Shown here: positions 20,201 to 28,191 of the stretch, in pieces
How the letters are laid out: every line of letters begins with the position of its first letter
Numbering within the stretch: the stretch's first letter is position 1
Virus record (IMG/VR): IMGVR_UViG_3300036985_005327
Span: 1-64,000 of that record
From: a virus
Length of the DNA stretch: 64,000 nt
Direction: 5' to 3' (one strand)
Program-made: the position numbers and the translations under genes
Notes under the pieces: model-generated
Seen by the model: only the letters and a program-made list of their open reading frames with translations
The model's database searches: none
Told to the model about the DNA's origin: nothing

Positions 20201-20722
20201 CTCTATAGTTAGCCAGTCCACCGCCTTTCTCGCATAGGCGTAGTCACCAGTGCAATCACACTCTATTGCTTGGCATAATTCGTCATGGAAAATAGCTTCT
20301 GCCGCTTTTTTCATCGCAGCGTTAAGACGTTGTTTTTCTAAGAGAGTCCCGTATTCTTTTGGAAGAAAGCTTAGTTTGTACTTAGCGTTAAGTTCGGAAT
20401 AGCTGTCGGGAAGAGTCTTTTGTGTGATTACCGAGTAAAGTACAATGGGATTGTACGTAGACCACTTACACCCAAAACACCCACATATCCCTTTCTCGTT
20501 TTGAATGGTGAAAGACGGGTTTGTCTCAGCATGTGCCGGTGTTGGGCACAAACCAAGAACGGATGTGGGAGAAGTTACCTTGAACTTAAGGTCTTCCCTC
20601 CCAGCATCTTTTGCAAACTTTACCCAGTCTTCAGACTTGATGAGGGGCCAAATCTTAGCACACTGTTCACGTGTTAAGCCCCTCGATTCTTTCGATGACG
20701 ATTTCTTCTTCGATTTTGCCAT
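17171..20722 (-). CDS. DNA primase-helicase (Zn finger + TOPRIM + P-loop NTPase)
   Basis: CPTPAH..CFGC zinc finger, AVEGEMD and IGDAPD TOPRIM motifs, GETSSGKS Walker A, LVLDEAE Walker B. Confidence 0.8.
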   Translation of the reverse strand: MAKSKKKSSSKESRGLTREQCAKIWPLIKSEDWVKFAKDAGREDLKFKVTSPTSVLGLCPTPAHAETNPSFTIQNEKGICGCFGCKWSTYNPIVLYSVITQKTLPDSYSELNAKYKLSFLPKEYGTLLEKQRLNAAMKKAAEAIFHDELCQAIECDCTGDYAYARKAVDWLTIERKISKDVIPVLPIGIYPTTTALSQKLTDRFIRLSALKNSPSPPEIGLNEIPEDYSNAAMEYFSSFSRGGSNDRFIGAPVFTLYNSPTNIGRFKIRLPEAGHTHIMPEDEHEDVPGVFGLGWDHYKTCWDAKAKKQAVYAVEGEMDCLSLMANMAETGNIWGPVVSLGGTGTIEGAEESLVRSMATDVMLIGDAPDKGGDQKTSASGDEAVAKWLAVFSKLRSYVFSNDAWEKLAPADDPDNAVHHAAVGPEKTVLELWANREENYQPSGQWLYERACDKLDKLDPTDYRGLTEVAVDIGKVLLNALDRESYVQSICEAYPTLKPDPLKRALTNSVVSEEAFITRFKEALESIMFMVGTDNTGSERKLLGIGRGQNQNTVFSFKIDSPTSVMKELAIISGGIIQFIIDHVGWPAFIPNPTTKEGDGSMETIDKTLRFYANEAVMRASAGVPAIKHQNLLRQGYHCIRDSRGKVIAEYVVCGGDVLKIISRDHTGAHWVKLDGPRDGNIIFDTGYMAGAIELPWYPDGLTVELLEKGNDVALPQLYHDMVAVYTDGYFFKNHHIVPSMLGAMAMVLATNNCYPRQVMAIVTGETSSGKSSFLSTLCNIGGAKEMRILYSSLGFDGFSEAGISSLMDNSRLLLVLDEAESDNGTNRSEALRMIQELFRSCVSGEGVRIRASNNGVSGVSIRKIFCPIVYCAISGVEKPQDLNRMIMIETKKIEGRDNVKNIIRAKYGDTFVKGIADRLVIGMYRHIPAIMESYALIEKEYLTFSDFLGSKLEYRYASGLFGMLAVMDVMGLDWKKFLREFVESNMDNIERATTYSESASTLTSMMHNPVIRIPSGDKDIPFLYKSIAQLLANPGQRHYINESSVGIFLDEERQLLLVLLDQALVRLLPHNAGIKANQLRQTLMRDSNVLTDQRIKDSKILENSVQYLGKGIRIPDVVVFESGNWLSGKTSAEYEKTKRQEAVPKELTEQKGLVAVNDRPETAEDSKDEVVETITYEKGDTEF

Positions 20723-21545
20723 GAGCACCACCTAGTGATTCATTAGCTTGCGCAGGACACAAAGACTGATAGTCACACCAGTTGCAGAGAATACTTGTTT
20801 TGGTCTTTTCGAGATTGGAGCCATCAACCTCAATGGTGGCGTCCACCATGAACTGTACTACCTTATCCAAAAGGGCGTCAAGGTCAGTTAAATCGATTGG
20901 GTCAGCATGCTCTATTAGCTGGTCTTGCACCCAATGTATAGCCGGTAGCATCTTTGTCAGATGGGGGTAATTCGCTTTTATTAACAAAGCGTAACAGTCC
21001 ATCTGATGTGTATGGTTGGCTATACCTTTGTTCTTACCCGTCTTGTGGTCGATAATCATTGCCGTGGGCTTATCCATAAAGACGCACCCAACGTCAATCA
21101 TACCGCGCATAAGTAGTGTGTTCGCTGCTCCTCTTTTTTCGAAGTACGGTTTCTTTTCGCCGTTAAAGCCTACGGCTATTTGCGCTTCAAGTACTAGTTC
21201 ATGTTTTCCGTGAAGAGTTCTAAAGGCGTTGAATGACTTTGCAAACTTTATTGCGGCAGGACGGGAAGCTTCAACAGCTTCAATCTCCCGCGTAAGGAGT
21301 TTCTTTTCACGGATAACCGTAGCTACTGCGTTGTCTAGGGACTGTCCTTTGAATAGGAGTTCGAGTACGCGGTGAATCGCTTTACCTGTGCGTGCGTCAG
21401 TGCTCTCAACAACACCTAACGCTGCTTTATTCGGCTTGTTGACATACGTATACCAGAACTTGCGCGGGCATTGCTTTGCGGTTTCCACTTTACTGTGAGA
21501 CCACGCGGCATGTTCTTTCAAAAATGGAGTGAGTGTGTACGCCAT
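20667..21545 (-). CDS. PD-(D/E)xK (Cas4/RecB-like) exonuclease
   Basis: WSHSK..CPRK, GKAIH, GMID, IIDHKTG, Q...Y and CNWCDYQSLC. Confidence 0.85.
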   Translation of the reverse strand: MAYTLTPFLKEHAAWSHSKVETAKQCPRKFWYTYVNKPNKAALGVVESTDARTGKAIHRVLELLFKGQSLDNAVATVIREKKLLTREIEAVEASRPAAIKFAKSFNAFRTLHGKHELVLEAQIAVGFNGEKKPYFEKRGAANTLLMRGMIDVGCVFMDKPTAMIIDHKTGKNKGIANHTHQMDCYALLIKANYPHLTKMLPAIHWVQDQLIEHADPIDLTDLDALLDKVVQFMVDATIEVDGSNLEKTKTSILCNWCDYQSLCPAQANESLGGAHGKIEEEIVIERIEGLNT

Positions 21546-21565
21546 AGAGGGACCTCTTTCTTAGG

Positions 21566-21620
21566 AAAAAAGGGGAGTCCCTCTTTGACCAGCTTTACGC
21601 CGTACCAAAGAGGGAATCCC
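21566..21620 (-). terminator. Intrinsic terminator-like hairpin
   Basis: Minus strand GGGATTCCCTCTTTG-18 nt-CAAAGAGGGACTCCC followed by CTTTTTT, just downstream of the 21636-22676 gene. Confidence 0.7.
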
Positions 21621-21635
21621 TGAAACGTGACTACA

Positions 21636-22676
21636 TCAGACGTTTACGCCCGTAAAGTCCTTGAGTGCTTCATCTGACATCTCGGTGGACTCTGGTCCGC
21701 TGGTCACTGCTGCGACAGTAGGCTCAGGCTCTTGTGCGTAGTTACGTGCGATCTTGGGATAGAGGTAATCCCTTTCGGCAATAGTACACATGAGGTCACA
21801 GAACTTCTGGATCGAGGGGTCTACACCTTCGGCAATCGGAATTGCTGAAATTGTGAAGTAACGTTTTGTTGCATCTTTCGGTACTTCTTTAGCCTCAAAG
21901 CTGTACCAACGTGCCCACGGAACGCTTCCTCTTCTGGCGAGTTTAACGAGTTGTGTCCCTCCGGGAGTAGACGTTCGTTGGAACCGGATGAGTGCGATGT
22001 TCATAGGGTCTTTTGTGAGAATGATCCCACTAACCATATTGGAACAATCATTAACTTTTCCGTCTCTCCACGGGAGATACAGGCACTTCTGGCAGTGGCC
22101 GTACTTATCTCCCACGATGCGGTCGTGGGACGTACACTCCGGAACAGATGGCCGGGTGTCTCCCTGGTCGCGCTTTTCCCATTTTTGGCATCCTTCCCAC
22201 AACAGGATTGGCGTTGCGAGAAATTTTTCACCCATCTTCTCAGAGCTAGACAGGTAGAAGTGTCCGGATATTGAATCTTTGGGGCGATTGGGGTCGTTAC
22301 CCACTCCCTGATTCAAACGCACTTCGAGAAACTCTGTTACAGCTCCTTCGGAAACAACACCCTTCTTTTGTGGATTCATTTTTGCCACGAGCTCGAAGAG
22401 TTTGTCTTGAATTGCTTCTGGGAGTTTCCACAACGTTTCATCAATAACAGCGGGAGTCACATTCTCTTTTTCAATGCGCGTCAGTTGTTTCCCGTATCTC
22501 TCTACGAACTCAGGAACATGACTGTAGCTCTGTAGAAGAGATAGGGCTGCCACGACCGGATTCACCTTTTCAATGGCTGCAGTAGTGTCCGTCTCAGATA
22601 CTTCGGTCTTGTTTTCTGGCATCTCTTTGTCCTCGGTTTGTGCTGTGTTTTGCGAAACTGTTTTTTGTTTTGCCAC
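21636..22676 (-). CDS. Hypothetical replication protein, possibly ssDNA-binding/annealing
   Basis: GTG start with AGGAG RBS; C-x-S-x-D...CxxC...C cluster; acidic tail; sits next to exonuclease, primase and PolA. Function inferred from context only. Confidence 0.5.
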   Translation of the reverse strand: MAKQKTVSQNTAQTEDKEMPENKTEVSETDTTAAIEKVNPVVAALSLLQSYSHVPEFVERYGKQLTRIEKENVTPAVIDETLWKLPEAIQDKLFELVAKMNPQKKGVVSEGAVTEFLEVRLNQGVGNDPNRPKDSISGHFYLSSSEKMGEKFLATPILLWEGCQKWEKRDQGDTRPSVPECTSHDRIVGDKYGHCQKCLYLPWRDGKVNDCSNMVSGIILTKDPMNIALIRFQRTSTPGGTQLVKLARRGSVPWARWYSFEAKEVPKDATKRYFTISAIPIAEGVDPSIQKFCDLMCTIAERDYLYPKIARNYAQEPEPTVAAVTSGPESTEMSDEALKDFTGVNV

Positions 22677-22764
22677 GTTTTTTCTCCTAGCAGAAGGCTT
22701 AAAGCCTACCTTGTGGTAGTTGCGTTGTCCACCGCTTTCGACTACTAATTAGTAAGGAGGAAAT

Positions 22765-23859
22765 ATGGATAATTTCTTTGATAGCCGAACGTTTAGAGTT
22801 TATTACGAAGACGTTGGTAAGCATAAAGTTCTCACACCAAAGCGTGAAAGAGAGCTTTTGATTTTGTATAAGAGTTGTCCTAAATGCCACAAACGCCTTC
22901 CACACCTTGTAAAGCGTAACAACTGTCCAAAGTGTGGAGCGCCAACCCCTAAACGCGTCGTAGGTAAATCTCTTACTTGTACCGAATGTAACACCCGTTT
23001 TGACGGATTTGTTCCTCCAATCTATTGTCCGGCATGCGGGTCCACTAGGGATATGAGTGCGCGTGAAGAACTCATAGTCACTAACTTGAGGTTTGTAGTA
23101 ACGACCGCAAAGAAATTGTCCAAGTCTCCCGAGATTATTCAGAAGTTGATATCCGCAGGTAACGTTGGTTTGTTATTGGCCTTAGATAAATTTGATATGG
23201 CACGAGCTACTCGGTTCTTAACCTACGCATCGTGGTGGATACGTAAAGAAATGCTCGATGAACTGCACACTAGCGGTATTGTGCACGTACCATCCCACAA
23301 ACAAAAAGCTGTTAAAAAGAATCAGAAGATGGGAGCGTATGAATGTGTGTACTGTGGGGTACGCACGGATAACCCGTTAAGAACTACGTGCCATTCTCCC
23401 GAAAATAAAACGCACGATTTTATACACGTTAATGCCGAAGAAATAACAACCATGTCTTGTGTCGTCCCAATAGAAGAAGCGATGAACAAACCGGACATCG
23501 AAGACACTGTTGAGAACCAGACGATCAGCAACGACAACGCATTGCTACTCCGTCAGGTATTAAACCTTCTTCCTATACGTGCTCGAGACCGCTTTATCCT
23601 TTTGCAGTATTATAACATCGCGTCAGACGACCGTAAGACAGAGCCGAAAACGCTTCCACAGTTAGCAGCAACAACAGGCGTAACTGTGGAGCGTGTCCGT
23701 CAGATAAAGTTGGCTGTGTTGAAAAATTTACGGCGTCAACTATTTGAGGTGAATGCGCAGCAGGAAGGTGTGGTGGGGATGTTACTCGGTAGCGCGAAGA
23801 CCGGCTGTGGTCTCGGCTCCGTGCAGGAACCCCTCGTAATACGCCGCACGCCCCTTTGA
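22765..23859 (+). CDS. Sigma-70 family factor with zinc-ribbon insertions
   Basis: Region 2 NLRFVVTTAKK..GNVGLLLALDKFD..FLTYASWWIR; region 4 TLPQLAATTGVTVERVRQI; AAGGAGG RBS. Confidence 0.9.
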   Translation: MDNFFDSRTFRVYYEDVGKHKVLTPKRERELLILYKSCPKCHKRLPHLVKRNNCPKCGAPTPKRVVGKSLTCTECNTRFDGFVPPIYCPACGSTRDMSAREELIVTNLRFVVTTAKKLSKSPEIIQKLISAGNVGLLLALDKFDMARATRFLTYASWWIRKEMLDELHTSGIVHVPSHKQKAVKKNQKMGAYECVYCGVRTDNPLRTTCHSPENKTHDFIHVNAEEITTMSCVVPIEEAMNKPDIEDTVENQTISNDNALLLRQVLNLLPIRARDRFILLQYYNIASDDRKTEPKTLPQLAATTGVTVERVRQIKLAVLKNLRRQLFEVNAQQEGVVGMLLGSAKTGCGLGSVQEPLVIRRTPL

Positions 23860-24786
23860 ACCAGAACCTGCGTACCTATCCGAGTACTCCTTGAGCAACG
23901 CCACGATCTCCTTCTTGGGGAGCGGCTTGATGCTGCTGGACAGCTCGTCATAGTTCAACGTGTTCGTCTTGGATTTCTTGGTCGGGCGTCCTGTCTTCTT
24001 GGACTTCTTGCCTGCTGCCTCCTCCTTCTGGCGCTTACGCTCCAGGTACTGGGAGACCGCTTCGTCCGCGACATCGGGAGAGAGGTTGTTCTTGATAACC
24101 TTCGCCGTCAGCTTCTCGAAGAAGTTCATGTCGTTGTCATTGAAGACGCGCTTGAACACTCGTAGATGCGCGAAGTTCAGTTTGTCGAGACGGACCAACT
24201 TCAGAATCTCCGGGGGGAGCTCGAGAATACCGATGTGCTGTGACACATAGGACTCGCTTCTCCCACAACCCGCAGCGATCTCCTTCTGCTTCTTCCCATT
24301 CTCAATGAGGAAGGCGAAGGACTCGGCGATCTCCACGGAGTTGTGACCCTCTCGCGCGAGATTGGTCGCCATGGACGACATGTACGCGTCTACTACGTTA
24401 TCGTCTGCTACGAACGAGATGTTGACCTGTTTGATACCGAGTTCGAGCATGGCCATGTACCGGCGGCGACCGTCAACGAGGATAAATCTTCCAGGGTTCT
24501 CAGGGTTAACGCGCACCGCGAGGGGGACGAGTTGGCCCTTCACCTTGATCGATTGGCTGAGAAGCTTCAGGTCGCCAGCTTTTTCACGATTCCAATGCTC
24601 GGGGAGATCGATCTGACCGATGTCACAAGTTGTGTTCTGGCCCGTTAACAGGACGGGAGCCGCGTTGTTTGTTTTCTTCTTCTTGGACTTTTTGTCCTCG
24701 GCCTCAGGTTCTGGCTCTGGTTGGTCCATACCTGCGAGGATCTTTTCCTGTTCCAGATCGTCGGGGGTCGTCTCATTGTGTGACAC
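23782..24786 (-). CDS. parB: ParB/Spo0J-like protein
   Basis: LSQSIKVKGQLVPLAV, LVDGRRRY, NLARE and HTH QKEIAAGCGRSESYVSQ. Confidence 0.85.
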   Translation of the reverse strand: MSHNETTPDDLEQEKILAGMDQPEPEPEAEDKKSKKKKTNNAAPVLLTGQNTTCDIGQIDLPEHWNREKAGDLKLLSQSIKVKGQLVPLAVRVNPENPGRFILVDGRRRYMAMLELGIKQVNISFVADDNVVDAYMSSMATNLAREGHNSVEIAESFAFLIENGKKQKEIAAGCGRSESYVSQHIGILELPPEILKLVRLDKLNFAHLRVFKRVFNDNDMNFFEKLTAKVIKNNLSPDVADEAVSQYLERKRQKEEAAGKKSKKTGRPTKKSKTNTLNYDELSSSIKPLPKKEIVALLKEYSDRYAGSGSKGRAAYYEGFLHGAETTAGLRATE

Positions 24787-24825
24787 GTTCTTTGCTCCTA
24801 CATCGTCTTTTTTTGTCTGGGTACA

Positions 24826-25056
24826 CTATTCTGATGCCGCAGCTAATTCTGCGAGCACTTCGGACTTATCGATCTGAACCATTTGTAGTCTCTCGGGGGG
24901 AACACCTTCTAGGATGTCACCTAAGAGATGAAACAGCTCAGTGGAGCAGAGGAGAAGACTCTTCTCGGAGTTGTACGCTGTCATATATAGCGCGCGAATA
25001 GCCTGAACTGTTTTTTCAGGGTCAACTCGTTTTCTCCGTGTCGAATACCGGGTCAT
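24826..25056 (-). CDS. Hypothetical protein
   Basis: 76 aa with ATGA overlap to the upstream small ORF. Confidence 0.55.
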   Translation of the reverse strand: MTRYSTRRKRVDPEKTVQAIRALYMTAYNSEKSLLLCSTELFHLLGDILEGVPPERLQMVQIDKSEVLAELAAASE

Positions 25057-25217
25057 TCAAAAGGCTCCGTGCCGTGCACAGGACACTTCAAAATCCCGCC
25101 AGTAGTCGCGGGATTCACGACTACTCGTTGACACCAAGGACAACGACCTTTGTCGTGTTCGTCCTCAGTTCCAACTTTTGTGTGATCCTTCTTCTCCACT
25201 ACTCCATATTTTTCCAT
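25053..25217 (-). CDS. Small zinc-finger protein
   Basis: MEKYGVVE..CPWC..CPVH; ATG at 25217. Confidence 0.55.
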   Translation of the reverse strand: MEKYGVVEKKDHTKVGTEDEHDKGRCPWCQRVVVNPATTGGILKCPVHGTEPFE

Positions 25218-25218
25218 G

Positions 25219-25635
25219 TTACGCCTTCGGGGCAGCAGCTTTCGCGGCTTCCATCTCAGCCTTGGTGCGGCGCTTCTTCTTGGGAGTCTCACCTTCGGGC
25301 TTCTCCCCTTCTACCTTCTCGTGCTTGATGCGGAACATGATGTCCTCGATCAGGTAGTTGACGCGTGACTTGCAGCCTTTGTTGCGCTTACCGTCCAGAG
25401 CGCAGAGGTTGTCGAGCGACTCCGTGACGAGTTCGCCGTCTTCGTTCTTGCGCAGAATCATGACGTCTGGGAGATTGGGAACGTCGGCTGTATCGAGGAT
25501 CATTTTCTTGAGTTCCTCGAGAGCGTTCTTGCGAGCCAGCTCGTCATCGACCAGGCGGCTAACTTCCTCGAGAGGAAGCTCACGCTCGCTCATACGACCA
25601 CACCGCTCACACTTCGTTGGCACTTTGATATTCAC
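25219..25635 (-). CDS. Hypothetical Cys-containing protein with basic KKKRRTKAE tail
   Basis: GTG 25635 after GGAGG; CERC..LC..C; C/G-ending codon bias. Confidence 0.65.
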   Translation of the reverse strand: MNIKVPTKCERCGRMSERELPLEEVSRLVDDELARKNALEELKKMILDTADVPNLPDVMILRKNEDGELVTESLDNLCALDGKRNKGCKSRVNYLIEDIMFRIKHEKVEGEKPEGETPKKKRRTKAEMEAAKAAAPKA

Positions 25636-25636
25636 G

Positions 25637-26842
25637 TTACCTCCAGTTGATGTTGTCGATGTCAAACTGCTTGATTGCAGTCAACAAGGCGGTTGTTGTT
25701 TTAGGACCAAGAATCCCGTCGACAACCAAGACTTCCTCGGGATGAAGGTCCATCTTCTTGTGATTCCACGATGCCTGAAACATGGATACTGCTTGCTTAA
25801 ACGCTGCGTCATAAATCTTTGACGTGCTCGTAAAACCAAGTTTATCCAGGTGGGGTTTTGCTTCTACCACAGAAAGAACGTGTTTATGAGAATCGGGTTC
25901 TTCGTCGTCGTTAGTGGGAATGTTTACGCCGTATTCAGGACTCTCAGAATTTTCTTCTGTGATTCCGTGGTGCGCTAAAATAGTCTCAGGCTTGGAAAGA
26001 GGTGAATTCTCGAAGTCTTGCACGAACGAAAGTTGCGCTACAGGGAACGTGCCTTCGGAGAACACGCCACCGTTACAGTCGGCGAAGGGCCACAGAGGAC
26101 CCATGTCGGACTTACCTTCGCGCCAATCAGAGTGCTGTGACATCCGGAGAGCGGACATTCTCTCGCCTAACGCCATCTTCACAAGTCTCTTGATCTTGAT
26201 GTTGTTCACAACTTGGTCGAGTGTGAACGGCTGCATGTACTCGGCTCCCTTGTAATGGGGCGTAAGCGCCACCGGAGGAAGCTCATCGATCAAGTTCTGC
26301 GGAACAGCATTAGCCCAGTAGTGCCATTCGTTTTTGGCGTCTCGGAACATCTTGCCTGCGTTAACCATCTCGATGGCTATGGAGTCTTTGTTCTTTCGGG
26401 GTTCGTGCCACGCCCCGTTGTGAAGAGCGATGAGATACAGGGGATCTCCGTGATAGTCCTGAACAAAATGCGTTGATGCGCCGTTGTACTTGTTGTTGGC
26501 ATTACGGCGTGAACTGAACCAATTCACTGTAGACCATGCGTTGATACCCGCTGTGAAATGGTCAACCCACCACAGGTCCTCAACCGGCCCAAGTGCTCCC
26601 ATGTACATCTGCTGGGTCGGAAAGAACTTATCGAGTCCTTTCTCGAGGATGCGCTGGTGCGAGTAGATGAACAGGTTATTGAGGGCTTTTTGGGCCTGTT
26701 TCTCTGAGAGGACTTTTCCATCTCCGATAGCAGCCCATTCGGCCAAAAACATTTCCTTTGCCGCTTTTCCTGTGGCCTTAACCAGCGTCCAGAATTCTTT
26801 TTGAGGGAGCTGGTTGTAGTTGACTAGAAACTGGTAATTCAT
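25637..26842 (-). CDS. N-acetylmuramoyl-L-alanine amidase with C-terminal peptidoglycan-binding domain (endolysin-like)
   Basis: DHFTAG, ASTHF, AWH, SIAIEMVN and QHSD amidase_2 motifs; VDGILGPKT PG-binding motif. Confidence 0.82.
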   Translation of the reverse strand: MNYQFLVNYNQLPQKEFWTLVKATGKAAKEMFLAEWAAIGDGKVLSEKQAQKALNNLFIYSHQRILEKGLDKFFPTQQMYMGALGPVEDLWWVDHFTAGINAWSTVNWFSSRRNANNKYNGASTHFVQDYHGDPLYLIALHNGAWHEPRKNKDSIAIEMVNAGKMFRDAKNEWHYWANAVPQNLIDELPPVALTPHYKGAEYMQPFTLDQVVNNIKIKRLVKMALGERMSALRMSQHSDWREGKSDMGPLWPFADCNGGVFSEGTFPVAQLSFVQDFENSPLSKPETILAHHGITEENSESPEYGVNIPTNDDEEPDSHKHVLSVVEAKPHLDKLGFTSTSKIYDAAFKQAVSMFQASWNHKKMDLHPEEVLVVDGILGPKTTTALLTAIKQFDIDNINWR

Positions 26843-27711
26843 ACTTTGCCTCGGCATCTTTCGTAGTAACCGCAGAACTTGTGGGTGCAGGCCCACGATG
26901 TTGGGTCACACCGTGGAAAGTCACCTTTCTTTACCATGCTGGCCACTTGTTCTACGTCCTCAATCAGGAGTAACTTGTCTTGCAACGTTCTCACAGATCG
27001 TTCTTGTTCGTACCTGGGACCAGCTTTAAGATCAACTAAGAAATCAATTCTAACCTTATTAGTGTCTTCTGCAAGAGCATAAAAGGTTAACTGGTGGGTA
27101 TATCGAATTTTTTGTTCCGGCCATTTCTTTGTGGTCGTTTTTAGGTCGGATACCACTTCCACCATACGAGGGTTATCAGGGTCGTTTTCCAAAGACATCT
27201 CGGTATCTTTGACGCTGTCGATGAGGTCAATAACTCCTCGAACAGGGACACACCCAACTTTAATGGCGAAAGTCTTTTCGGCGTGAATAGGCCGAAGTCG
27301 GGGAAGGGCTTGATGGTGATACGCGGCGTAACTAGCAACCGCTTTGTCCTTGACAACTCCTGGAGCATACCCCTCCCAGTTTTCAATAAACAGTGATTCA
27401 GTCGCGAAACAGTCGGCGACAGCCTGCATTGCTTCTTTAACGTCGGGAGGAGACCCTGTTTCGATCATTCGTCGGTGGGATACCTCTGCGCCCTTGTGGA
27501 TTGCTGTCCCCTTTACCATGGAGATACCGGGAGCCTCCACGACTTCTTGGATGTACCTGAACTCAAACTGGCGCGGACACCTCTGGTACATTCCCACCTG
27601 TGACGGGGACATCACGCCGCCACGGGGAAGGGCAGGGTCTAGGAATCCTTCTGGGTAAACGAACACTCGGTCAGACGAACGGACTTCTCTGACATCATCT
27701 TCTTCAGACAT
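26839..27711 (-). CDS. Second PD-(D/E)xK (Cas4/RecB-like) nuclease
   Basis: SPSQ..CPRQ, GTAIH, GVIDLID, SDLKT, QLTFY and a C-terminal Cys cluster. Confidence 0.85.
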   Translation of the reverse strand: MSEEDDVREVRSSDRVFVYPEGFLDPALPRGGVMSPSQVGMYQRCPRQFEFRYIQEVVEAPGISMVKGTAIHKGAEVSHRRMIETGSPPDVKEAMQAVADCFATESLFIENWEGYAPGVVKDKAVASYAAYHHQALPRLRPIHAEKTFAIKVGCVPVRGVIDLIDSVKDTEMSLENDPDNPRMVEVVSDLKTTTKKWPEQKIRYTHQLTFYALAEDTNKVRIDFLVDLKAGPRYEQERSVRTLQDKLLLIEDVEQVASMVKKGDFPRCDPTSWACTHKFCGYYERCRGKV

Positions 27712-27744
27712 GCCTAACCTCCAGGGGTTTACGGCGTATACCGC

Positions 27745-28191
27745 CTATTTTCCGAGGGAACGATTAGCGAATTCGACCGGGAACTCAGCAGAAGCTCCAG
27801 GATACATGAGCAGTTCGTTGGCGTTGGGATCATCCGGAGCGGGGGGTGGTTGGCCTTGTAACATCAATTCGTGACTCTTACGAATGATGTCGTCCAGCTC
27901 ATCTTGGTCTTCGTCGGAGTCAACAACTTCGTTATGCGTAACCGGAATTGGTGGGACTACCACGTTACGGTTACTCTCGAACATGACCGGAACTCTTGTT
28001 TTTGGTGGTGATCCCGAAGCCACAGCTCCAATTTTGGACAAAGACTTGGCGTCCATACCTGTGATGGTAAACGTCCGGACGTCCCCAGTCATCTCGTCAA
28101 AATCAAACACGAGGTCAGCCAGACCGAGAGGGATACCCCATAGCGTAGCCAACATAGCCACGAACTCTTCTTTACTGAAAGTAATCTGCAT
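27745..28191 (-). CDS. Hypothetical protein
   Basis: ATG 28191 with AAGGAG RBS; acidic/Pro-rich C-terminus. Confidence 0.6.
   Translation of the reverse strand: MQITFSKEEFVAMLATLWGIPLGLADLVFDFDEMTGDVRTFTITGMDAKSLSKIGAVASGSPPKTRVPVMFESNRNVVVPPIPVTHNEVVDSDEDQDELDDIIRKSHELMLQGQPPPAPDDPNANELLMYPGASAEFPVEFANRSLGK

Noticed and set aside
20667-27711. Two Cas4-like genes as evidence of CRISPR-Cas
   Set aside because: No array, cas1 or cas2 was seen; stand-alone PD-(D/E)xK nucleases are common in phage replication modules.
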